Positions 41,553 through 50,345 of a stretch of 64,000 nucleotides of DNA are shown piece by piece. The translations under genes and the position numbers were made by a program. The first letter of the stretch is position 1; each line of letters begins with the position of its first letter. Origin of the DNA: Candidatus Bathyarchaeota archaeon (GTDB lineage Archaea > Thermoproteota > Bathyarchaeia > Bathyarchaeales > Bathycorpusculaceae); assembly GCA_963833575.1 (NCBI GenBank), contig CAWHXY010000004.1, positions 896,001 through 960,000 on the forward strand, written 5' to 3'. The notes under the pieces are model-generated. The model was not told where the DNA came from. It worked only from the letters and a program-made list of their open reading frames with translations, and did no database searches.

Positions 41553-42461
41553 GTGGCAAAAGCAGAGATAGAGGACACTTACGCTGAAGCCTTTACCGGA
41601 ATATTTTGTCGAATAATAGTAACTGCAGATGATGAGGAAATCTTGCGTAAGGCGGCTGAAGATTCAACAGCAACACCATCCGTTGTAATTGGCAGAACAG
41701 AAGGCGGAGTTGAAAAATACCTCACTCCCAAAGAAACTCCAGACAAACGTTACGGTGCATTATTGCAGTTCTGGGGAGAAATAAACCCTAAAAAAACTTT
41801 TGCTGAGTCACTCAAAAAGTTTGAAACCGAACTTTCTTACCGTATCAGACAAGACATCCTAGTCAAGCCCTTCACTGCCGTATTTGATTCTCTACCCACT
41901 GCTGAAGGTAAAATTGATATGATGGAAACTGTTGGGCACTGCGGCGACGGCTTTGAATGGGTTGAAAAGCGCGATGGAAGAGAAGTTATCGTCGTGCCTT
42001 TGATGGTTCCTGACTTTGTCATCGAGCATTACTTAGGCTACAGTCGCGGTGTTATGGGTGGGAACTTTTGGATAATTTGCAAAACAAAACAAGCCCTAAA
42101 ACAAGCAGGAAAAAAAGCCTTAGCCGCAATCCACACAGTTGAAGGCGTGGTTACGCCGTTTGATGTGTGTTCCGCGGGCTCCAAACCAGAAACCCATTTT
42201 CCCAAAATTGGTCCAACAACCAACCATCTCTATTGCCCATCGCTAAAGGAACGTTTAGGTAAAGACTCGCTTGTTCCCGAAGGCGTAGGATATATAGCCG
42301 AAATAGTTTACGACGGCATCTCCTTACAAGCCATTAAGCAAGCAACAAAAGCAGGAATAGAAGCCGTTTTGAATATTAATGGTGTTGTGAAAGTTTCCGC
42401 TGGCAACTACGGCGGCAAACTAGGCGAATACAAAATCCCGTTACTGGAGTTGTTTTCATGA
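41553..42461 (+). CDS. ftr: Formylmethanofuran:H4MPT formyltransferase-like protein
   Basis: IEDTYAEAF, GVMGGNF, SAGSK, TTNH.YCP, EIVYDG, SAGNYGGKLG. Confidence 0.88.
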   Translation: MAKAEIEDTYAEAFTGIFCRIIVTADDEEILRKAAEDSTATPSVVIGRTEGGVEKYLTPKETPDKRYGALLQFWGEINPKKTFAESLKKFETELSYRIRQDILVKPFTAVFDSLPTAEGKIDMMETVGHCGDGFEWVEKRDGREVIVVPLMVPDFVIEHYLGYSRGVMGGNFWIICKTKQALKQAGKKALAAIHTVEGVVTPFDVCSAGSKPETHFPKIGPTTNHLYCPSLKERLGKDSLVPEGVGYIAEIVYDGISLQAIKQATKAGIEAVLNINGVVKVSAGNYGGKLGEYKIPLLELFS

Positions 42462-43372
42462 CTAAATTTGATGTCGTTGGTTTTGGCGCACTTAATGTTG
42501 ATGTTATTTTTAAAGTTGATAGACTCGCAAAAGCAGAAGAGGAAAGCTTCGTCGAAGATTACACTGAAGCCTGCGGTGGCTCAGCTGCAAATACAGTAGT
42601 CGCCTTGGCCAGGCTTGGCTGCAAGACAGGGTTCATAGGAAAAGTAGCTGATGATCGAGAAGGTAAACTTCAAATTAACTGTTTTGACAATGAAGGTGTT
42701 GACACCAGCGGAATCATTCAGGCAAAAAAGGGCAAAAGCGGTTCAGTAATGGGGTTCGTGGACAAGAAAGGCGCAAGAACCCTCTACATCAACTCTGGCG
42801 TCAACGACACAATCGAGCCGCGCGAAATAGATTATGGTTATGTTTCTCAAACAAAATTTATACATTACTCGTCTTTTGTTGGGGAAAAATCTCTTCGTGC
42901 CCAGAAAAAGCTCCTAGCTGCTTTGCCTAACACTATAAAAATAAGTTTTGACCCTGGATCGGTCTATGCACAGAAGGGTTTTACAGCCATAGAACCAATT
43001 ATTCGAAGTACTCATGTTTTAATGCCTAATGTCCTTGAACTCGAACTTTTAACTGGGGAAACGGATTACCGTAAAGGCGCCGATTTAATGATTGATGCGG
43101 GCGTAAAAATTGTGGCAGTTAAGCTTGGCGAAAAAGGTAGCTACGTTACTGACGGTCAAGACCAGCTTACAATAGAACCTTTCAAAGTTAAAGCGGTCGA
43201 CACAACTGGTGCTGGCGATGCTTTCTGTGCAGGCTTCCTTTACGGTTTAATTAACAAGAAAAGCCTCTTTGAATGTGGGCAGATTGGGAATTTTGTAGCT
43301 TCCAGAAGCGTGATGGCGTTGGGTGCCCGTGCAGGCTTGCCCTATGTTAAGGATTTAGCATTTCTTTACTAG
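42458..43372 (+). CDS. PfkB/ribokinase family kinase
   Basis: GGSAANT..ALARLG, DTTGAGDAFCAG. Confidence 0.93.
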   Translation: MTKFDVVGFGALNVDVIFKVDRLAKAEEESFVEDYTEACGGSAANTVVALARLGCKTGFIGKVADDREGKLQINCFDNEGVDTSGIIQAKKGKSGSVMGFVDKKGARTLYINSGVNDTIEPREIDYGYVSQTKFIHYSSFVGEKSLRAQKKLLAALPNTIKISFDPGSVYAQKGFTAIEPIIRSTHVLMPNVLELELLTGETDYRKGADLMIDAGVKIVAVKLGEKGSYVTDGQDQLTIEPFKVKAVDTTGAGDAFCAGFLYGLINKKSLFECGQIGNFVASRSVMALGARAGLPYVKDLAFLY

Positions 43373-44173
43373 ATTATCAATTATGCTTTGGAAGATTAGT
43401 TTTCCGTCGCCATACTGTAGCATCTGATGTTCGCGAGTCCAGTTGGGTTGTTGCCACCAGTACATTGATCTCTCTGGGTGAGGCATTAAACCAAAAATGT
43501 TTCCTTCCCTGTTACATATTCCAGCAATATCATAAGTGGAGCCGTTTGGATTAATTGGATAACTGCCGTTTGCAATGTTGCCGTTTTTGTCGCAGTATCG
43601 AAAAACAACCATATCGTTATCGATTAATTTTGCCAGCATCTCTTCTTCTTTTTCCTTAGGAAACAATAACCTGCCTTCTCCATGGGCAATAGGCATCCCT
43701 AACACTTTGCCAACTGGAATTTTATTCGTAAAAATGCTTTTTCCTTTATTTTCATGCTTAAGATAAACCCATTGGCACTTGAAGCCCGATGGCTCATTTG
43801 TAGTCAATGTTACTTCTGGATAGGTGCTTACTCCTTCCAAACCTGGAAGTAAACCGTATTCAACAAGGATTTGGAAGCCGTTGCAAATGCCCAGAATTGG
43901 TCTGCCTTCATCGATGAAAGTTTCCATTTCTTTTCCTAATTTGACTGAGAGGTGTCTTGCAAAAATCACGCCGGAACGCACATAATCGCCGAACGAGAAG
44001 CCGCCTGGAAAAACCAGCACTTGATAGTCCAGCAGGTTTTTGCGTTTCATTAACTCGTTAACATGTAAAGTTTCTGCTTTAACACCTATTTCTTGAAATG
44101 CCCGTTGGGTTTCGGCGTCACAGTTGGTACCGCCGACACGCATAACGCAGACTTTGATTTCTTCTTGGTTCAT
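43355..44173 (-). CDS. purQ: FGAM synthase glutaminase subunit
   Basis: GTNCD, PGGFSFGD, LGICNGFQ, AHGEG, MPHPER. Confidence 0.95.
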   Translation of the reverse strand: MNQEEIKVCVMRVGGTNCDAETQRAFQEIGVKAETLHVNELMKRKNLLDYQVLVFPGGFSFGDYVRSGVIFARHLSVKLGKEMETFIDEGRPILGICNGFQILVEYGLLPGLEGVSTYPEVTLTTNEPSGFKCQWVYLKHENKGKSIFTNKIPVGKVLGMPIAHGEGRLLFPKEKEEEMLAKLIDNDMVVFRYCDKNGNIANGSYPINPNGSTYDIAGICNREGNIFGLMPHPERSMYWWQQPNWTREHQMLQYGDGKLIFQSIIDNLVKKC

Positions 44174-46554
44174 TAGGATTCCCCGCTTAACGTTTTCTTC
44201 CAAGCATGCCGCAACTCGACAAGTGAAGCATCGACCACCGTTTTCTGATTTAATCCGTGAATGGCCAGTTTCTCATTTTTGGTTACTTTCCCAATTTGGG
44301 CACACATTTTACCCTTCATCAAAGCTTCAAATTCTTTTCTGTCTTGTTCCGCCACTTCCATAAGGAAACGGCTATTTGACTCCGAAAATAAGATAAAGTC
44401 ATTCCGTTCTAGTGGTTTGCCAGGCACTTTTGATAAATCCAGTTCTAACCCATAGCCGCCTGCAAATGCCATCTCCGCTGCAGCTACTGCTAATCCTCCT
44501 TCTGAGAGGTCGTGGCATGATTTGACTAAACCAGAATCGATGGCTTTGGTTACGGCTTTGAATGTGCGTTTGGCTTTTGCTCCTTTGACTTTGGGTACGT
44601 TTGCGCCTAAGTAGCCTTTGAGTTTGTAGTATTCTGAGCCGCCAAGTTCGTTGAAGGTTTCTCCGATAATGTAGAGTAGGTTGCCTGGTGCTTTCAAATC
44701 CATGGATGTGGTGTATTGAAGATTTGGAATCACGCCAACTGCTGTAATAAGAAGAGTCGGTGTGATTGGACCTAGAGGAGACTCGTTATAGAGACTGTCT
44801 TTTCCAGAGATGAATGGCGTCCTAAACGCTGTTGCAAAATCGTAGCAGGCTTCACAAGCTTTAACCAGTGAACCCAATCGCTCTGGTTTCTCAGGATTTC
44901 CCCATGTAAAATTATCTAGCAGAGCAATTCTTCTACCGCCAACAGCAATGTTATTTCTCACTGCCTCGTCAATTGCTGAAGCCGCCATCCAATAAGCATC
45001 AATCTTACCGTAATTCGGGTTCATGCCGCAAGAAATCGTTAAACCTTTCCATGAATCATCAAGGGGTTTTAGAACAGCTGCATCGTTTGGCCCTGCATAT
45101 TCTCCCTGAAGAGGCTTGAGTGTGGTGTTTCCTTTTACTTCGTGGTCGTATGTTCGGATGACGCTTTCTTTGCTGGCAATGTTTGGCGAAGAAAGAAGCT
45201 GCATTAAGCTTTCAGTTAGGTTCTGCGGTTCAGGGAACTCTGGTTCAATGAAACTTTGTTTTTCAATGGTTGCGATTTTCATGCTTTTGCATGGATTGAA
45301 CAGAAATGCCATTTCCATGTCTGCAACCTTTTCGCCGTTAAAACTGAGTTGCAAACGGCGTTCGATTGTCAGTTTGCCAATTGCAGTGGCTTGAACATCT
45401 TCCTTCTCAAAAACTGCCATAACTTGCTCGAGATTTTCCGGTGGAACTGTTATAAGCATTCTCTCTTGTGATTCAGAAATGTAAATTTCCCATGGAGCCA
45501 AGCCCTGATGCTTCAAAGGCACCTTGCCAAGGTCAATTGCAACTCCGCAGTCAAATCTCTCGCCAGTTTCTCCGACTGCTGAAGATAAGCCTCCTCCGCC
45601 AAGGTCAGTTGTCGCCGACGCCAATTGTAAATCGCGGATTTCTATTATTGCCCGCTTCACTTTCTCTTCTTCGATTGGGTCGGCGATTTGTACGGCAGGA
45701 CGGGATATTTCTTCTGATTTCTCAGTTAATTCGGCTGAGGCAAATGTTACGCCGTGGATTCCGTCACGACCAGTTTTTCCTCCTGCTACGACGATTATGT
45801 GTTCTGGTTTAGCATTTTTTGTGAATTTGCTTAATGGTAAAATCCCGATGCATCCGCAATGTACAGTGACGTTGCCTGTGTAGCTTTCGTCAAAATATAT
45901 TGCTCCGTTAACAGTTGGGATGCCCATGTTATTTCCATACGCGCTAATTCCCGCGGTGACGCCCATGTAAACGTATTTTGGATGTTTGACTCCTGCGGGA
46001 AGCTTGTTATAATCATAGTCTAATGGTCCGAAGCCTAAAACATCCGTGCAGGCGATTGGATCAGCCCATACACCAAGGATATCTCGGATGACGCCTCCGA
46101 CCCCTGTAGCTGCCCCACCGAAAGGCTCAACTGCAGACGGATGATTGTGAGTTTCAACTTTGGCTGCTATTCCATAGCCTTTGTCAAATTTTACGATCCC
46201 TGCGTTATCTTCAAAAACGCTAAAGCACCAAGGGGCTTTGATTTCTTTGGTGGCTTTTTGAATGTAGGTTTTGAATAGGCTGTCGATTTCTTTGCCGTCA
46301 ATTTGGATTTTTCCTTTGAATGTTTTGTGGTAGCAGTGTTCGGACCACGTTTGACTAATGGTTTGCAGTTCCAAGTCTGTTGGGTTTCTGCCTTCAGATT
46401 TGAAGTAGGTTTGAATGCTTTTCATTTCTTCTAAGCTTAAGCCCAAAGCTAGTTCATTGCTGATTTCAATTAGCTGTTGGTCAGTTGCTGTGGTCAGTGC
46501 AGCTTCGTAAAGTGAGTAGTTTGCTTCTCGTTGGATGTAGAGGTTAGCGTTCAT
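44173..46554 (-). CDS. purL: FGAM synthase subunit PurL
   Basis: WSEHCYHK, ETHNHPS, DLGGGG, SESQERM, HDLSEGG. Confidence 0.96.
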   Translation of the reverse strand: MNANLYIQREANYSLYEAALTTATDQQLIEISNELALGLSLEEMKSIQTYFKSEGRNPTDLELQTISQTWSEHCYHKTFKGKIQIDGKEIDSLFKTYIQKATKEIKAPWCFSVFEDNAGIVKFDKGYGIAAKVETHNHPSAVEPFGGAATGVGGVIRDILGVWADPIACTDVLGFGPLDYDYNKLPAGVKHPKYVYMGVTAGISAYGNNMGIPTVNGAIYFDESYTGNVTVHCGCIGILPLSKFTKNAKPEHIIVVAGGKTGRDGIHGVTFASAELTEKSEEISRPAVQIADPIEEEKVKRAIIEIRDLQLASATTDLGGGGLSSAVGETGERFDCGVAIDLGKVPLKHQGLAPWEIYISESQERMLITVPPENLEQVMAVFEKEDVQATAIGKLTIERRLQLSFNGEKVADMEMAFLFNPCKSMKIATIEKQSFIEPEFPEPQNLTESLMQLLSSPNIASKESVIRTYDHEVKGNTTLKPLQGEYAGPNDAAVLKPLDDSWKGLTISCGMNPNYGKIDAYWMAASAIDEAVRNNIAVGGRRIALLDNFTWGNPEKPERLGSLVKACEACYDFATAFRTPFISGKDSLYNESPLGPITPTLLITAVGVIPNLQYTTSMDLKAPGNLLYIIGETFNELGGSEYYKLKGYLGANVPKVKGAKAKRTFKAVTKAIDSGLVKSCHDLSEGGLAVAAAEMAFAGGYGLELDLSKVPGKPLERNDFILFSESNSRFLMEVAEQDRKEFEALMKGKMCAQIGKVTKNEKLAIHGLNQKTVVDASLVELRHAWKKTLSGES

Positions 46555-46802
46555 TTATGCTCCTCAACATTTATTGTGTAATTATCTTTGGTTGGGTTTG
46601 CCAAAAGGCGCTTGCTCATGTCTTCCGCTTTTGCTTTGGCTTCGGCAATTGTTGAGGCATCAAGAGTGACTGTGTAAACTTTGCTAACGTCTACGCTTTC
46701 GACTTTGTATCCGAGTTCTTTGAGTAAATGGGATGTTGTTTCTCCTTCAGGATTGCTGTGGCCTGGCTTTAAGCTGACCTCTATTTTCGCTAGGTATTTC
46801 AT
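46551..46802 (-). CDS. purS: FGAM synthase subunit PurS
   Basis: LKPG..NPEGET, LLANP. Confidence 0.92.
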   Translation of the reverse strand: MKYLAKIEVSLKPGHSNPEGETTSHLLKELGYKVESVDVSKVYTVTLDASTIAEAKAKAEDMSKRLLANPTKDNYTINVEEHK

Positions 46803-46860
46803 AAAGCCTTTAAATCGAGGTTTAGGATTTAAAGACTTTCGCCATAAAGAATGCAAAACT

Positions 46861-47940
46861 TTACGTTAAAACCAATTTTTTGTTTTGGAACTTTATTTCA
46901 ACCGTTTGTTTGTCTGTTACTTTTCCTATTATCTCAGGCTTTAAGTCGCCTTGCTCAAGCGTATTAATTGCTTTGTCGGTCTCTTTTTTGTCTACGATTA
47001 TGCCAAAACCCCAACCCATATTGAATGTTTTGAACATTTCTTCATCTGTGATTGTAAAGCCGAGTTCAGCTGCTGTTTTTTGGATCAAGCCAAAAATCGG
47101 TTGTGGCTTAAAATTGTTGAATTCGAAGCCTATTCCAGGCGAGACACTAACAAGGTTATTGAATTTCATGTAAGCGTCGCCTGTTATGTGTACAGCTCCT
47201 TTGACTTTCACTTCACTGGCTAGTTTGAGTAAGGGTTTAACATAGATTTTAGTGGGTTCTAATGCTTCCAAAACGATTTCTCTATCCAATCCTTTGGGGA
47301 TATCGTTGAGTTCGTATTTTCCTCCCCATTCTTTAAAGAGGATTTTTCTTGCCATTGTTATGCCGTTGCTATGCAATCCGCTGCTCGCTAAACCTATAAT
47401 TGGGTCACCTGGTTTGATGTTTTCTCCAGTTATGATTCTTTGTTTTTCAACTTGACCGACTGAGGCGACGACCATGTCAAACCCAACCTTTTCGGTTACC
47501 CCTTTAATTATTTCAGCTACGTCGCCTGTTTCTCCATTAGTAACTGGACATTCAGATTCAGCTGCGCCTTGAATAATTCCTTTCAGCCACTCTTTTACAA
47601 GCAGTGGGTTACTTTCTTGTGCATGTATATTGTCTGCGATTGCAAGTGGCTTAGCTCCTGATCGAATTACATCATTAACGACCATAGCAACTGCATCAAT
47701 GCCGATTGTGTCATATTTCCTGGCTAATTGTGCTAAGAGAACTTTGGTGCCTACTCCTTCAATTTCAAGATCCAAAAACAAATTTTCTGCAATTGGAAAA
47801 ATATTGCCATAAGGTAAATGCATGATGCCGCCATAAAGGCTGTGCTTGTATGTTTCTTTCAGGTTCTGCAGCGCCTTTTTTGATTCAACACGTTGTTTTC
47901 GGTTAACGCCTGCATCAGTATAAGTAAAGTTTTTGGGCAT
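46861..47940 (-). CDS. purM: AIR synthetase
   Basis: Y.DAGV, EGVGTK, GET, SSGLHSNG, HITG, TFNMG. Confidence 0.94.
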   Translation of the reverse strand: MPKNFTYTDAGVNRKQRVESKKALQNLKETYKHSLYGGIMHLPYGNIFPIAENLFLDLEIEGVGTKVLLAQLARKYDTIGIDAVAMVVNDVIRSGAKPLAIADNIHAQESNPLLVKEWLKGIIQGAAESECPVTNGETGDVAEIIKGVTEKVGFDMVVASVGQVEKQRIITGENIKPGDPIIGLASSGLHSNGITMARKILFKEWGGKYELNDIPKGLDREIVLEALEPTKIYVKPLLKLASEVKVKGAVHITGDAYMKFNNLVSVSPGIGFEFNNFKPQPIFGLIQKTAAELGFTITDEEMFKTFNMGWGFGIIVDKKETDKAINTLEQGDLKPEIIGKVTDKQTVEIKFQNKKLVLT

Positions 47941-48080
47941 AGACAGGTTTCTCCTTGCACGCTAATGATTAAGTTACTGTCTCATAACGATTTTGTTTCT
48001 CTAAAATCCTGACCGGTTTCTTTTGTAACTTTTAGTGGGCAACGTTTTTGTGTTCCGAGCGTTGATTACAACTGATTAGT

Positions 48081-48917
48081 TTGCCCAATCCCAAATATCA
48101 TATCTACTTAGAATATTCTGAGCTAGATAAGTCTGGAGTGCGCTTCAATATTTCTCAAGAGGAACTTAATCGAACCTTCGCCACACCCTTCAATGCCAAC
48201 CAACCCTTTTGGTTCGCTGGTAGACTTCTCAACCCCATCAAAGCCTCTAAAGTTGTACTCTTCTGGTCGTATGAAACAGCCGATAAACTAAAGCTGCCTA
48301 ACCAAGAAAGCATTGTAGCTGTCAAAGACAAAAAATATCTAATCGAAAGCATTATCAAAGGCAAAGTCAAAGGGGCGTACCTTTGCACAGAAAAATTCTT
48401 AGAGACACCAGAGAGAGCTACTGTACCCACTCAATCGGTAGAGGCTTCTTTGGGAAATACCCGGCGCAGAATTTTCGTTGTTTCTGGCACTGACGATGTA
48501 ATGAAACAAGCTCTTACTGGGTCTTTGACCAAACTTTTGCTATCGCCGGTTATAATTCATGAAGAGCCTGGTTTAGGCAGAAAAATAATAGAACATTTCA
48601 CAGACTACAATGACGTGAAATTTGCCCTAGTTTTGCTCTCCCCAGATGATCATGTTTACTCTAGGGCTGATCCATTCACAAAAAGCAAGCTAAAGCCTCG
48701 TCAAGATGTTATTTTCCTACTTGGCTTCCTGATAGGCGCGCTCGGCAAAGGCAACGTACTTGTATTCTTCAGAGAACACGAAAACTTTGAAATCCCTCTT
48801 GATTTTGAAGGAATAAAATTCACAGCATTCGACGACCGTGACAGTTGGAAACTTGCACTAATACGGGAACTAACTAAAAGCGGGTACACAGTCGACGGAA
48901 AAAGAATTCTAAAATAA
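48081..48917 (+). CDS. Protein with C-terminal Cap12/Pycsar-type TIR-like domain
   Basis: IFVVSG.D, IIEHF, FALVLLSPDD, PRQDVIFLLG...GALG, EIP.DF.GI. Confidence 0.8.
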   Translation: MPNPKYHIYLEYSELDKSGVRFNISQEELNRTFATPFNANQPFWFAGRLLNPIKASKVVLFWSYETADKLKLPNQESIVAVKDKKYLIESIIKGKVKGAYLCTEKFLETPERATVPTQSVEASLGNTRRRIFVVSGTDDVMKQALTGSLTKLLLSPVIIHEEPGLGRKIIEHFTDYNDVKFALVLLSPDDHVYSRADPFTKSKLKPRQDVIFLLGFLIGALGKGNVLVFFREHENFEIPLDFEGIKFTAFDDRDSWKLALIRELTKSGYTVDGKRILK

Positions 48918-49011
48918 ACTCTTTCCAGTCACTTGATTTTTAGATCGCAAAGTTTCTATATCAAATGAACCAATCCTATGCAATAGCCACTGTACATAAC
49001 AAACAATATTT

Positions 49012-49084
49012 GCGGTCGTAGTCTAGTTCGGTAGGACATCAGCTTCCCAAGCTGACGACCCGGGTTCAAATCCCGGTGACCGCA
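49012..49084 (+). tRNA. tRNA-Gly (CCC), no intron, CCA not encoded
   Basis: GCGGTCG/TGACCGC acceptor, TCAGC-TTCCCAA-GCTGA anticodon arm, CCGGG-TTCAAAT-CCCGG T arm. Confidence 0.97.
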
Positions 49085-49364
49085 CCTTAATTCACTAAAA
49101 GAAGCTGGCTTTGAGCTTATAGCGTCTTATTGAAATCCCTAAGAAACTTAGCCTTTGTATTAAAATTATTCAAGAAACCTGCATAACTGAGAATCACGCC
49201 TTGGTAAATCTTGGCTTTCTTCTGATTTGATCTTTCAATAAATATTTGTAATTTTAATCAAAGCTATCCTGATAACGCAAATATTCAATCTCTTTTTGGC
49301 TAAGGAACTTAATTTCAGGCGCAGTTGGTAGATGCAACGGTGAGTACCCTTTTTTCATGTGATC

Positions 49365-50165
49365 TTATGCCAATGCTGAATTACTTTTATTGGACTTGGA
49401 TTGTTTGATCGCAGGTAACGCTTCGCTATCGCACTTTTTTTGAGCTTTATTCCAGAGGTCTTCAAAGTGGGTCTCCGCCAGTTTTATAACATGGGGGCTA
49501 TTTGTCCATAAGCTGGGTATCGCCTTTTCGGATATGGCTAGGGTCACTTGTTGTTTATCAAATATATGCATTCCAAAGGGAATTGATTTCCGGGGTAAGT
49601 ACCTGAGTTCAAATAAGGGATTTTTCGATAAAGTTTTTGGGGTTTTGGAAATTGTTTCTTCATCAACTTTTTCTGCAATAGCTCGAATTTTTACGCCTCT
49701 TCTTATCGCCCGCGTGATGTAATTGCAATATTGGAATAATATTTTCTCATTCAATGGAAAAACAAAATCAATATCTTTTTTGGTCATGTCGGCCAAATTA
49801 GTATGCATTTTTGCAAGAAGAGCCCTTTCAGAAGTAATGGTGAACTGAATATTTTCATTCAAAATTTGTTGGTCGTAATTGTCATTAAAATTGTTAAACA
49901 TCGAGTTTACTTGCTTTTTTGTTTTAATGTAATCTTCTTTTTTGTGTTGCAGTAGGCTACAAAGACCTTCTTTGATTGGGGTGGCTTTATACATCGTTGT
50001 TTTGGCTATGATTTTTTCTGCAAGCCCCAACTTTTGTAGTGAAGGCATTATTCTGTAGATGTCTTGTCGAGCCGTGTTTGAAGTTTTTGCTAGTGTTTTT
50101 ACGTCTGTTTTTCCGAGTTTTGCGAGATTCAAGTATGTTTTTGACTGTAGATAGCTTAGTCCCAA
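49365..50165 (-). CDS. TrmB family transcriptional regulator
   Basis: LGLS..QSKTYL.L, ARQDIYRI...L...GL, IFDK, LWTN; frame stays open and protein-like up to an ATA at 50201. Confidence 0.87.
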   Translation of the reverse strand: MGLSYLQSKTYLNLAKLGKTDVKTLAKTSNTARQDIYRIMPSLQKLGLAEKIIAKTTMYKATPIKEGLCSLLQHKKEDYIKTKKQVNSMFNNFNDNYDQQILNENIQFTITSERALLAKMHTNLADMTKKDIDFVFPLNEKILFQYCNYITRAIRRGVKIRAIAEKVDEETISKTPKTLSKNPLFELRYLPRKSIPFGMHIFDKQQVTLAISEKAIPSLWTNSPHVIKLAETHFEDLWNKAQKKCDSEALPAIKQSKSNKSNSALA

Positions 50166-50263
50166 GCTTATCAGTGTCTGAATTTGTTCTTCCTGAATTA
50201 TGTTGAAGCCCTTCCTTAAGGCATTTATCAGTCAGGAGACTCACATAAGCTTTTTTACTAATT

Positions 50264-50284
50264 GTCACAAGTCGAACTTGTTAC
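50264..50284. promoter_or_regulatory. Palindrome GTCACAAGT-CGA-ACTTGTTAC just upstream of TTTAAA box
   Basis: 8/9 symmetric arms; related site at 53508-53528. Confidence 0.7.
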
Positions 50285-50345
50285 TAGTCTTTAAAGGCTC
50301 TTTTTGAATATCGTTGAAGCCACAGAATAAAGGAAAGGAAAAGAA

